Positions 48,217 to 57,784 of a stretch of DNA of 64,000 bases are shown one piece after another (position 1 is the stretch's first letter; the number at the start of each line of letters is the position of its first letter). The notes under the pieces are model-generated. The model searched no databases. It saw only the letters and a program-made list of their open reading frames with translations, and was not told the DNA's origin. The DNA is taken from assembly GCA_018401675.1 (NCBI GenBank), contig JAGYKM010000004.1:34491-98490 (forward strand), in the 5' to 3' direction. Origin of the DNA: Alphaproteobacteria bacterium. Lineage in GTDB: Bacteria > Pseudomonadota > Alphaproteobacteria > 16-39-46. A program made the translations under genes and the position numbers.

Positions 48217-50579
48217 GATATTTTTCCTTGAGAACAGGCCTCTAAATAGGGCCCAACCCAATTGTGATCACCATGGTCTTTCACCATCTTCTGCATTAGT
48301 TTCTGAAACGAAAGACCAGATTTATAGAGGTAGAGAAAATCACCCAAGGCCAATAGATTAGCATCCACCACCACTGACGATTCTGGCCTTTTGATAAGCA
48401 CGCCTCGTGATAAGGAGCTAAAGCGCTTTTGAGTACTTTTTATAAAATTCCAATCATATTCCGTTAAATTAAACATTTCATAATCCTGTTGACGAGCTTT
48501 GGGATTAGGGAACAGAAATACTGTAGGGCACTGATTCAACAAGGTATCGCGTATCCCGCTTTGGGCTATGGACTGAGCATCTTGAAAACATAAATTCACA
48601 GAGCCCCTCAGCTTCCGATGCTCGCGCAAGAGCACTTGAACGTGGGCACAAAAATGGGAGTCTTGCAAAAGAGGAGCCGCTTCATCAATGAATATCATAT
48701 GAGGGAAATTATGCTGCCGCACTTGGGACCTAATTCTATTCAAAATATAGTCCACCATAGGTTCCATCACGCCGCTATCCCCCGGTAAAGAGGTCATGTC
48801 AAAAGACACCAACTGGGAAGAATGTAAATCCAGATCATCTTTTACACCGTTAATAAGGCGACTGTTGGCCCCTTGGGCCCAAGTAGCCATATGGGATCTC
48901 AGAACAGAATTTGCAGGAAAGGCACTCTTGTAGAGTTTTGCTAAACTTCTGTCCTGAGGAGGGACTTCAAAAAGAAGATTGAGGAATCTTTCAATATCTT
49001 CCCCAGGATCATCTTGAGCCACACTTCCCAGCCGCCTTAAAAAGTGCCTTAGAAACATAATATTATCTGGGGTTGGATCGCACAAAAGAGGATTTAAGGA
49101 GAGATTGCCGTCAAACTTAATGTAAGTGCCCCCTACGGAACGTGTGAATACTTCAGTGCCGCAGAATCGATCAAAGATATACCCATGGAGCTCCTTATGT
49201 CTCAAAGCACCCCCAATAATATGTTGGAAGAAAGTTGTCTTCCCCCCATGACTCGGGGCCACTGTAAGCGTGTGAGCTAAGGATTCATCTTCAGGGCCAA
49301 CGTGAACTTGGAGGGCATACTTTTGACGGTCCCAAGTCCAAAAATGCCGCAAGGCACCTTGACCCCAGTCTGACCTTTCTTCTCCGCAAGATGAAGGCTC
49401 AAAGTTGAACAAAAAAGATAAATTCCGTGCAAACACATTCCTAGGTCTTAAGGCCTTATCGTAGGTGGGAAACCGTGAAAACCAATACCATTCAATGGCA
49501 GCGCACTCTTGGATCATGCGCATACCATACTGTATGCACACTCTTCTCAATATCTCACCATAAGCGGTTAATGTTTCCTCATCCGTGGCTTTCAAAAACA
49601 CAAGACCCTGATACTCATAAAAAGCATCCTTAGATCCATCTATTTCTCCGATGGCTTGCTCAAACTGAGCTGTTTTAAAGGCATTTTTGTAAAAAATGTT
49701 TTCTTGTCGGGATCGATACTTCAAAAGAGTTGTTGCTTGGTATTTTCCCATCCCTTGAAAAAAATGCATCAGTTCAAAATCCATAGGTAATTTATACAAA
49801 TCTTGAAAAACCTCAGGAGAAATTTTATCTCCAAAACTCTTTAAAGAGTGCACACTCCAAATACGTTTCTCCTGGTCTTGGGTTATACGGATAAAACCTG
49901 ACTTAAGATCAAATTGAATATCTGAAGCTGAGATCTTTTCACTGACCTCTCTCCCAAAAGCCGGTAAGGCGTCTGGTCGTATATTGACCATTTCTCCCAA
50001 GAAGCTCGACAGAGGGCTGGATCCAGAATCACTGGGATTACTTCTTTGGGTTAGAATAACCGGCTTAAAATAATCAAGATAGTCGAGCGTTGCCGCCACA
50101 TTATCTTCCAGGATTTTTCTTGAAGCCCCTTGGAGAATCAAAGTGTGTTCTATATCTTGCCAGGACAAAAATTGGTCCTCCCAACGCCTATGAATCTCTT
50201 GCATCACTGGAGACAAAGAGGATCCATCCAAGGGTACCTCTTGGTGTTTTTTTCTTGTAAACAAACGGAAAGGGCTTCCCAATGAAGCCATGGCCTCAAA
50301 GTAGTTTTTCTTTTTTTGAAAAATACTTTCCTCATCGTCAGCTCCCGACGCGCCTTGGTTAGGGCCTTGTATTCTTATAAATTGGACGAATGTTCCGTCT
50401 TTGCAGTGAATGGTCTTCCCGTCTTCCAGAATGCTATCAAAGGGCAGATAGTCGGAGATATATGAAAGCTTAAACTGCCACTGCAAGAGTTTTTTTAAAA
50501 GAACTCCAAAGCCCAAACCACCTAGGGTGAGAAAAGTTATAGCGCTAAAAGTACTAGTAAAGGACACGGAAATCCTCAC
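48213..50579 (-). CDS. virB4: T4SS ATPase VirB4 (TrbE/CagE family)
   Basis: 788 aa. Walker A APSHGGKTT, Walker B MIFIDEAA. N-terminal membrane-associated region. Confidence 0.95.
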   Translation of the reverse strand: MRISVSFTSTFSAITFLTLGGLGFGVLLKKLLQWQFKLSYISDYLPFDSILEDGKTIHCKDGTFVQFIRIQGPNQGASGADDEESIFQKKKNYFEAMASLGSPFRLFTRKKHQEVPLDGSSLSPVMQEIHRRWEDQFLSWQDIEHTLILQGASRKILEDNVAATLDYLDYFKPVILTQRSNPSDSGSSPLSSFLGEMVNIRPDALPAFGREVSEKISASDIQFDLKSGFIRITQDQEKRIWSVHSLKSFGDKISPEVFQDLYKLPMDFELMHFFQGMGKYQATTLLKYRSRQENIFYKNAFKTAQFEQAIGEIDGSKDAFYEYQGLVFLKATDEETLTAYGEILRRVCIQYGMRMIQECAAIEWYWFSRFPTYDKALRPRNVFARNLSFLFNFEPSSCGEERSDWGQGALRHFWTWDRQKYALQVHVGPEDESLAHTLTVAPSHGGKTTFFQHIIGGALRHKELHGYIFDRFCGTEVFTRSVGGTYIKFDGNLSLNPLLCDPTPDNIMFLRHFLRRLGSVAQDDPGEDIERFLNLLFEVPPQDRSLAKLYKSAFPANSVLRSHMATWAQGANSRLINGVKDDLDLHSSQLVSFDMTSLPGDSGVMEPMVDYILNRIRSQVRQHNFPHMIFIDEAAPLLQDSHFCAHVQVLLREHRKLRGSVNLCFQDAQSIAQSGIRDTLLNQCPTVFLFPNPKARQQDYEMFNLTEYDWNFIKSTQKRFSSLSRGVLIKRPESSVVVDANLLALGDFLYLYKSGLSFQKLMQKMVKDHGDHNWVGPYLEACSQGKIS

Positions 50580-50878
50580 CCACGATAGAGCATTATATGG
50601 GGATGAAGGCGGGCCTTATGCTTGTTCTTAAAATACCTTTGAGCCCATAAAATGCGCAGACAATCCCCGTCTTTAAGCGTTATCCAAAAAGAAAATCCTG
50701 TACCCACTATCAATGCCAGGAAAGCGATAAGAAATCCTCCTTGGGCCACACAAGACATAATAATCCCCACGGAGAAGGACCCAAAAATAGTGCACCCGAA
50801 TAATTGAGGGATCATCCCCAAAATTCGCGTAGGATGAGAAATCAAAGTAAGAATAGTGGCAGGCTCTAGGACACTCAT
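50576..50878 (-). CDS. virB3: T4SS protein VirB3
   Basis: About 100 aa (start MSVLEPATIL... overlapping the virB2 stop) with a single hydrophobic hairpin region. Directly upstream of virB4. Confidence 0.55.
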   Translation of the reverse strand: MSVLEPATILTLISHPTRILGMIPQLFGCTIFGSFSVGIIMSCVAQGGFLIAFLALIVGTGFSFWITLKDGDCLRILWAQRYFKNKHKARLHPHIMLYRG

Positions 50879-51186
50879 GCTGCACCAATAATAAATTGCA
50901 TGACAAATTCGAAAGAAGCCATCAACAATGCGGCCCCCACTAAGGAAATACCCCAACGATAGTTAATACGCCCAAAAATAGCTTGAAGTAGTAAGATAGC
51001 CCCTGAAAGGCCACAAGCCACCGTCCCGATTTTCAAAACTCCCTGAGTTGTAATATTTATTTTTTCCGCGATGGCCGCAAAGGGATCAGCCCCTGCTTCT
51101 CCACCAGACATCATGCACATTAATGTGCAAAAAATAATATATCTGACAAACAGTATCCTGTCTTTATGAAACATCCCCAGCTCCAA
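50875..51186 (-). CDS. virB2: T4SS pilin VirB2 (TrbC family)
   Basis: 103 aa. Long signal peptide then two hydrophobic segments (GTVACGLSGAILLLQAIFG...ISLVGAALLMASFEFVMQF). First gene of the operon. Confidence 0.6.
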   Translation of the reverse strand: MELGMFHKDRILFVRYIIFCTLMCMMSGGEAGADPFAAIAEKINITTQGVLKIGTVACGLSGAILLLQAIFGRINYRWGISLVGAALLMASFEFVMQFIIGAA

Positions 51187-51330
51187 TTCTATATTAAATA
51201 GTATTTATACGTATTTTTAATATTTAAAATATGTAGCGTGGCTCCTTTTTTAGGTCAATAGCAAAAATAATAAAAAATGTAATAATATTTCACTTTATAC
51301 AAATAACATTGCATGAATGTGGGTGCCATG
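51187..51330 (-). promoter_or_regulatory. AT-rich putative promoter region of the virB operon
   Basis: About 140 nt of more than 80% A+T immediately upstream of virB2, with multiple TATAAT/TTGACA-like hexamers. Not resolved to a single promoter. Confidence 0.3.
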
Positions 51331-51575
51331 CCCCTCACAGTCAGTCTAGCGGATCCTTTTCCACCCACTATCTTGGCTATTGAACGAGCGGTAATTCCCC
51401 TTCTCTTAACCCCAGATTATAGGTTTTTGTCATTTTCTATGGAGAGATTCTGGCAGTCCCATGGACGCATTAGGTTCTCATACCTTTACCCACAAGAGCT
51501 TCGTGAGGTCACTCTTACTAGAGACTAGATGAGCGCAATGGCCTTCTATACGTAGCTATAGTTACTACTCAGCTT

Positions 51576-51881
51576 TTACTCTTCTGCTGACTCTTCAGGG
51601 ACTTCTAGAGATGGCTTCTGCTCTTGACCTCCTTGCCAAAGAACTATTGTTCCCGAATGTCCAGGACTCTGACCAATTTTTGTGGGGCAATTCTGTTTAA
51701 AAGTCTTACAAACAAAACCATCTACAGCGGCATGACGCTGGTCCCTTAGAAATACTTCGTCATTGGACTCATGACCCCTTCCGGTTATTGGAAATGCCAA
51801 CACACCAAGCATCAGGAAAAACCATCCTTTAGCCCGCTGAACTCTCAATTTTTTCCTGAACGTATCCTTCCTTATTGTCAT
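51576..51881 (-). CDS. Small membrane-anchored protein (about 100 aa) upstream of the virB operon
   Basis: Internal start MTIRKD..., one TM (GWFFLMLGVLAFPITG), periplasmic part with two Cys. Confidence 0.3.
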   Translation of the reverse strand: MTIRKDTFRKKLRVQRAKGWFFLMLGVLAFPITGRGHESNDEVFLRDQRHAAVDGFVCKTFKQNCPTKIGQSPGHSGTIVLWQGGQEQKPSLEVPEESAEE

Positions 51882-52158
51882 TATGGCCCCCTTATTATAG
51901 TTAGTTGTTTTTTCTATTATAGACATTTAAAAGAAAAATAGCATCTCCTTATGCACGGCACCTATAAAGGCTGACCCTATCCTTTATTCTCAGGGAGCTT
52001 GCTACTCTGGATTACAATGGCTGACTTAGTGCCAAGATCTCAGAAGACGGAATACCCCATGCAGATGTGCGCCAAATTCGTCATGACTCTTGCAGACTTT
52101 CCCCCATTTGTTATAACAAAGACTGCCTAGCCCTTTTGAGTCTTTTTGGAAAATCACA

Positions 52159-52911
52159 ATGACTTCTCCTATCCTTATTGATATTAAGTTCCCTCAAAGT
52201 ACTGCGTTAGGCACTATCATCATGGGAGAGCATATATTTCCTTTTGTTCTCTCCCACAGAAAAAATAGCCGACGACTCTCTTTACGCGTGAATGTCTCCC
52301 ACCAAAGACTTCACGTTACGGCACCGTGGCACACCTCTCAAAAGACTATTACAAAGTTCATCGCCTCCCAAGCGGAGTGGGTTTTGAAACATATGAGCTC
52401 GGCATTTTTGAACCCTTATTATATTAACGACGGTACTACCTTGAGTATTCTTGATGAGCCTCACCAGTTTGTATTTTGTGAAGATACTCGTTCCCATTTT
52501 TACATGAAAAATAAAGAGTTTATTATAAGCTCACCCCATAAAGAAAACTTCGGTGGCATTGCCCAACAAGCACTCAAAAACCATGCTTACAATTTCTTCT
52601 TGCCCATGAGCCAGAAATTCGCCCACCAAATTGGACAAGAAGCTCTGCAAGTAAAAATCAAAGATTATAAAAGTCGGTGGGGGACTTGCTCCAAAGATAA
52701 AGTTTTAACTTATTCTTGGCGGCTCCTTTTTGCCCCTCAGCACGTAGCCTCATATGTGTGTGCCCATGAAGTCGCCCACCTACAAGAAATGAATCATCAA
52801 AAGAGTTTTTGGCTTCTCGTGAAAGAACTAGATCCAGACTACAAAGCATCAAGAGGTTGGCTCAAAAAAAATGGACGCTCTCTTTTCAGCTATACGTTTC
52901 TACCTTCCTGA
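52159..52911 (+). CDS. YgjP/DUF45 (M48-like, SprT-like) zinc metallohydrolase
   Basis: SRWGTCS...SWRLLFAPQHVASYVCAHEVAHLQEMNHQKSFW (HExxH...NH). Confidence 0.7.
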   Translation: MTSPILIDIKFPQSTALGTIIMGEHIFPFVLSHRKNSRRLSLRVNVSHQRLHVTAPWHTSQKTITKFIASQAEWVLKHMSSAFLNPYYINDGTTLSILDEPHQFVFCEDTRSHFYMKNKEFIISSPHKENFGGIAQQALKNHAYNFFLPMSQKFAHQIGQEALQVKIKDYKSRWGTCSKDKVLTYSWRLLFAPQHVASYVCAHEVAHLQEMNHQKSFWLLVKELDPDYKASRGWLKKNGRSLFSYTFLPS

Positions 52912-53402
52912 ATTTGTAAATCCATGAGGCTTCTTACCTCTTTCTCTAAAACAATTTTGTAATGGGATAAGTTTTCCACAAAGATTTCGTCACCCCAAGG
53001 CGCAATCTCCTCACTCGCACCACCCATGCCTAATTTGGCGTAGCCAATACATCGTGCTTTGTGCTGTAAAAAAAGAGAAACTCCCGTCATCCCTTCAGGA
53101 ATGTGCCGCTTAGGAAGCGTACTCCAAGGGACAATACGCCCAAAGGTAGGCTGATTCATTATGGACCAATGGGGATCTTTACCCAAATAGTCAATACTCC
53201 GCGTCAAGCTACATTTTTGGAAAAGGGTCTTTTGCAAAATAAAAAAAGTATCTTGTTCCGGCATAAAGAACCATAGCTCCCAAAATACCCAGGGAAAACT
53301 CCTTCCATGCTGTAAGATCCGATTAATGATTTCGCAACGCTCCACACACACGGGTTGCGTCTGTAAGGAAGATTCCCCCCATCTTCCGTAAAAGCTCGGC
53401 AT
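52890..53402 (-). CDS. Hypothetical protein (170 aa)
   Basis: ORF only. Overlaps the end of the YgjP-like gene by 22 nt. Confidence 0.35.
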   Translation of the reverse strand: MPSFYGRWGESSLQTQPVCVERCEIINRILQHGRSFPWVFWELWFFMPEQDTFFILQKTLFQKCSLTRSIDYLGKDPHWSIMNQPTFGRIVPWSTLPKRHIPEGMTGVSLFLQHKARCIGYAKLGMGGASEEIAPWGDEIFVENLSHYKIVLEKEVRSLMDLQIQEGRNV

Positions 53403-53574
53403 AGCTAATGTTACTTTCTATATCTAAATACCATCTAAAATAAATAATAATATTACAAATAATATTCATAAATACAATATAACTTATATAAAGTCCAGGA
53501 AAACCTCTCAGAGAGTTTTCTTTTGAAAATCTACCTCTGCTCCTGCCTTAAGGCTTCCACCTAATTATTTCTTT

Positions 53575-54213
53575 TCAGCTTGCTAGTCTTGCATCTTTCC
53601 TACGTATCCAAGTAATACTCGCAACATAATCTACCTGATCAACGGAAATAGTCTGTAGCATCTCGTTATGTAAAGAATAGAGCTTCAGCTCCAACCGTGT
53701 AACGCCCACCACGCCAAAGTAAGTATCTCCCTCGGTGGTCTGAACAATGCACAATACCCCATCCAGTTTGTCAAAGTTACGAGACCCATTTTTGATGCCG
53801 CCCACATAGTCTCCAGGCAATAAGCAAGGACTAAGCAAGTCATTCAAAACCACTTTCACCACCGAATGATGCCGAGACTGGATAAAGTAGTTCACATCTT
53901 TAATGGCTAATATGTCATCAGAGGTTTCCGGGGGAATAGTAGGATGCAGAGCCGACTCTCCATACATAAGCCACTCTAGTCTCCCCGAACTCAATGCCCC
54001 TTCTAAAAATAAAATTATTTTCTTGGCACCTTTCAGACTCAAAGGAGATCTCCCCTTCTCCCAAGCATAAAGTGTTGATTCTGGGATACCTAATTTCTGG
54101 GAAAACTCTCGCATACAGTACCCATGACGGATTCGACAAATCTTCAAACGTTCTCCTCGTTGACGAGCCGAGTGCTCCGATGCCACAAAATTTTCCACTA
54201 CTTTCAAATTCAT
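53575..54213 (-). CDS. XRE-family HTH transcriptional regulator with a C-terminal LexA/CI-like (S24-like) domain
   Basis: N-terminal HTH (ICRIRHGYCMREFSQKLGIPESTLYAWEKG). The C-terminal beta domain resembles the S24 fold, but no clear Ser-Lys dyad (GDYVGG). Confidence 0.6.
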   Translation of the reverse strand: MNLKVVENFVASEHSARQRGERLKICRIRHGYCMREFSQKLGIPESTLYAWEKGRSPLSLKGAKKIILFLEGALSSGRLEWLMYGESALHPTIPPETSDDILAIKDVNYFIQSRHHSVVKVVLNDLLSPCLLPGDYVGGIKNGSRNFDKLDGVLCIVQTTEGDTYFGVVGVTRLELKLYSLHNEMLQTISVDQVDYVASITWIRRKDARLAS

Positions 54214-54290
54214 TCTTTTTCCTATGCCAAAACCTAGACTTAATGAAGTTTAAGCTATACCTACTTAAATAGCAAAAATATCCCTACCAT

Positions 54291-54305
54291 GCACCGGCCC
54301 GGTGC
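54291..54305. promoter_or_regulatory. Perfect 7-1-7 palindrome gcaccgg-c-ccggtgc, 78 nt upstream of the repressor gene (candidate operator)
   Basis: Seen directly. Followed by A9 on the plus strand. Confidence 0.25.
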
Positions 54306-54586
54306 AAAAAAAAGAAAAAAAAAATCTGAAGCTCTCTTTTTTCTGCGGTCTCTAAAAAATGAATCTGCACTTAGGAAGGATCCCCGCTAGGATCACTGTA
54401 TCCTTATAATAAATAACAAATTTTAATAACTTAAATTGTGTTTTTTATTACACACATTGAGTTATTCATTTGGAACGAAAGAATTTTATATATACATTCC
54501 GAAATAGTAACTATATTCTAATCTCTTGGTTTTGTTTTCAGTTTTTTACATCCCATTATTATATCCAAGCCCCATTTTCCCAATCG

Positions 54587-56407
54587 TCAGTTCTCTTTTT
54601 TGCGGCCCTCTCGTTTACGCACATTTGGGTCCAGATATCGTTTGCGCAGTCGGATGTTCTTTGGCGTCACTTCTACTAGTTCATCATCTTGAATGTAAGA
54701 AATAACCTCCTCTAGGCTCATCTGCTTATGAGGCGTAAGGCGGACAGCTTCCTCTTTTCCCGTGGCCCTAAAGTTTGTTAGCTGTTTTGACTTGACAGGA
54801 TTCACCTCCATGTCATTGCCCCGGGCATTCTCCCCTATAATCATACCCTGATATACTTTTGTATTGGCCCCTATAAACAATATCCCTCGATCCTCCAGAT
54901 GAAACAAACCATATGGAACTGTCTCGCCGCTCTCTGTGGAAATTAATACCCCACGCTCTCTTCCAGCTACTCCACCCTTATAAGCACTGTAGCTATGGAA
55001 AATACGACTTAAAACGCCGGTTCCACGGGTATCGTTTCGAAATTCGCTCTGGAATCCTATCATCGCCCGAGATGGAACTAAGAATATCAAACGAATTTTA
55101 CCCCCACCTGAAGGACGCATATCTAACATCTCACCCCGACGTAATGACAACTTCTCAACCACACAGCCGCTAAATTCCTCATCTACGTCACATACTATTT
55201 CCTCTATGGGCTCCAATACTTCACCTGAGGGCTCTCTTTTCAAAACCACACGAGGCCGCGACACTGACAACTCGAAGCCTTCACGACGCATGGTCTCGAT
55301 GAGCACGCCTAATTGAAGTTCCCCACGGCCGCCCACTTCAAAAGCATCCTTATCACCCGTCTCCGTAACCGCAATAGCGACGTTACTTTCTGCCTCTTTA
55401 AAAAGACGATCTCTGATCATTCGAGAAGTAACTTTAGTACCTTCTCTTCCTGCGAAAGGCGAATCGTTAACCCCTATGGTTACCGCCATAGTAGGGGGAT
55501 CTATAGGCGTGGAAAGTATGGGGTCAGAAAGTTCCATGCTACCCAAAGTATCTGAAACTGATGCATCCACCAACCCAGCAACCGCCACTATGTCTCCTGC
55601 CACCGATTCTTCAATAGCCACCCGCTCAATGCCACGGAAAGAAAAGAGCTTTGTTAAACGCCCTTGTTCTTTGAGATTACCCTCTCTATCCAGTACTTTT
55701 ACTGGCATATTGATAGTGGCTTTCCCATTATAAATCTTTCCGATCAAAACTCGACCCAAATATAAATCAGCATCCAATAAGGTAGCAAGCATAGCAAAAG
55801 GCGCATCGGGATCAACTGAGGGCGCGGGCACATGATGTTCAACCAAATCAAAGAAAGGCAATAGATTCTCTCGCTTCTCGTCTTCCAAGGATCGAACAGC
55901 CCACCCATTACGACCCGAAGCATACAACAGAGGAAAGTCTAACTGCTCGTCAGTAGCACCTAAAGCTACGAATAAATCAAAAATTTCTTCGTGCACTTCT
56001 TCCACGCGGGCATCAGACCGATCTACCTTGTTAATAATAACTATGGGTCTTAACCCCAAACTCAGAGCTTTTGTTAATACAAATTTAGTTTGCGGGAGAG
56101 GCCCCTCAGAAGCATCTACAAGCAACGCAACCCCATCTACCATTGAAAGCACTCGTTCGACTTCTCCGCCAAAATCTGCGTGTCCTGGGGTATCCACAAT
56201 ATTGTATTTGATGTTGTTGTAAATCACACTGGTACATTTCGCGAGAATCGTGATTCCTCTTTCTTTTTCAAGATCACTAGAATCCATGACACGGTCACTT
56301 ACGGTCTCATTCATACGGTAAGTTCCGCTTTGCTTTAACAACTCATCAATAAGGGTAGTTTTGCCATGATCCACGTGGGCAATTATGGCAATATTTCTAA
56401 TCTGCAT
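54587..56407 (-). CDS. typA: Translational GTPase TypA/BipA
   Basis: AHVDHGKTTL, DTPGHADF, NKVD GTPase motifs. EF-G-like domains. 606 aa. Confidence 0.95.
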   Translation of the reverse strand: MQIRNIAIIAHVDHGKTTLIDELLKQSGTYRMNETVSDRVMDSSDLEKERGITILAKCTSVIYNNIKYNIVDTPGHADFGGEVERVLSMVDGVALLVDASEGPLPQTKFVLTKALSLGLRPIVIINKVDRSDARVEEVHEEIFDLFVALGATDEQLDFPLLYASGRNGWAVRSLEDEKRENLLPFFDLVEHHVPAPSVDPDAPFAMLATLLDADLYLGRVLIGKIYNGKATINMPVKVLDREGNLKEQGRLTKLFSFRGIERVAIEESVAGDIVAVAGLVDASVSDTLGSMELSDPILSTPIDPPTMAVTIGVNDSPFAGREGTKVTSRMIRDRLFKEAESNVAIAVTETGDKDAFEVGGRGELQLGVLIETMRREGFELSVSRPRVVLKREPSGEVLEPIEEIVCDVDEEFSGCVVEKLSLRRGEMLDMRPSGGGKIRLIFLVPSRAMIGFQSEFRNDTRGTGVLSRIFHSYSAYKGGVAGRERGVLISTESGETVPYGLFHLEDRGILFIGANTKVYQGMIIGENARGNDMEVNPVKSKQLTNFRATGKEEAVRLTPHKQMSLEEVISYIQDDELVEVTPKNIRLRKRYLDPNVRKREGRKKEN

Positions 56408-56699
56408 CTAAATCCTACTTACCTTTCCACAACTCTCACTTTAAGTGTTGACCTCTAATACGGTCCGAGTAACCTTATCGTCCCTTCAGTCGTCTTAATG
56501 CTTAAGGGTATACATGAAAAGGCCCATTTTCCCAAGGATTTTATATTTCTTTGAATAACCAATCCTATTTTTCTCTTTAATTTTATAAAATTAAGAATAC
56601 TGCCCTGGATTGGAACCAATAGATCTATCCTCCTTAACTAGCGGGACAAACTTGCTCTTGGTAGAACCTCTTTGCCCACTTTTTTTGTTTTTCCCTTCA

Positions 56700-57725
56700 T
56701 CACCCCACTTCGCTCATCTTGGCTGCCGTATCCAACATTCTATTGGAAAAACCCCACTCATTATCATACCAAGCCAACACGCGACACAAAGATCCCATCA
56801 CTTTAGTTTGTGATAAATCTATAATGCTACTGGCCCGAGAATGATTAAAATCTACAGACACAAGGGGCAATTCATTAATTTCCAAAACACCCCTCAGCCG
56901 CCCTTCCTTAGCCGCCAGCTTCATTAACTCTTTGATTGCCTCTCCTTCGGGTGGCCTCTCCATCAAACATGTCAAATCCACTACGGACACATTAGGCACC
57001 GGAACTCTCAAAGCCATACCATCCAGTCGGCCTTTAAGATGAGGAAGAACAAGCCCTACTGAACGTGCCGCCCCCGTGGCTGAAGGAACAATAGATAAAG
57101 CAGCTGCCCGAGCCCGTTGTGGGTCTTTATGGAATCCATCCACCAATCGTTGATCTCCCGTATAGGCATGAATGGTGGTCATATGCCCTTGAACGATCCC
57201 ATAGGCTTTGTCCAAGATATATGCCACAGGCACTAACGCATTAGTGGTGCAACTGGCATTGGATACAATGAAATCTTTGGGTGTTAAGGTATGGTCATTC
57301 ACCCCAAAAACCACCGTGGCATCTGCATCTTGTGCCGGCGCTGATATTAAGACTTTTTTAGCCCCAGAGCCACAATGAAGATAAGCTTTTTCCCGGTGGG
57401 TAAAGAAACCAGAACATTCGAGCACTAAGTCCACCCCCAAGTCACCCCAAGGCAATTTTGAAGGATCTTTTTCATCCAAAACCTTTACCTCCGTGTCTTC
57501 GATTCTCAAGACATCTTGTTCTATTGTAACATCCCCTGGATAAGTACCGTGGATAGAATCATATTTAAATAAAAGAGCGCTCTCTTCCCACGACCCTACA
57601 TCATTAATAGCCACGATTTCCATGCCTGGATAAGCCCCTTTATCTCGGCTTCGAGCTTCTAGGAACGCCCGCAACACCAATCTCCCGATGCGCCCAAAAC
57701 CATTAATTCCGACTTTATATGTCAT
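56700..57725 (-). CDS. gap: Glyceraldehyde-3-phosphate dehydrogenase
   Basis: INGFGRIGR NAD motif, catalytic SCTTNAL. The start is MTYKVGINGFGRIGR (the track ORF extends to 57770). Confidence 0.95.
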   Translation of the reverse strand: MTYKVGINGFGRIGRLVLRAFLEARSRDKGAYPGMEIVAINDVGSWEESALLFKYDSIHGTYPGDVTIEQDVLRIEDTEVKVLDEKDPSKLPWGDLGVDLVLECSGFFTHREKAYLHCGSGAKKVLISAPAQDADATVVFGVNDHTLTPKDFIVSNASCTTNALVPVAYILDKAYGIVQGHMTTIHAYTGDQRLVDGFHKDPQRARAAALSIVPSATGAARSVGLVLPHLKGRLDGMALRVPVPNVSVVDLTCLMERPPEGEAIKELMKLAAKEGRLRGVLEINELPLVSVDFNHSRASSIIDLSQTKVMGSLCRVLAWYDNEWGFSNRMLDTAAKMSEVG

Positions 57726-57784
57726 GGTGTATCCTCTTTTTGCTGTTAAACCATTGTCGTGCTCCCTCAAGGAAGGCTAACGCC

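Noticed and set aside
54291-54315. Hairpin gcaccggcccggtgc followed by A9 considered as a terminator
   Set aside because: The A-run follows the stem on the plus strand and the T-run precedes it on the minus strand, so it cannot be an intrinsic terminator in either orientation. It is kept only as a candidate operator.
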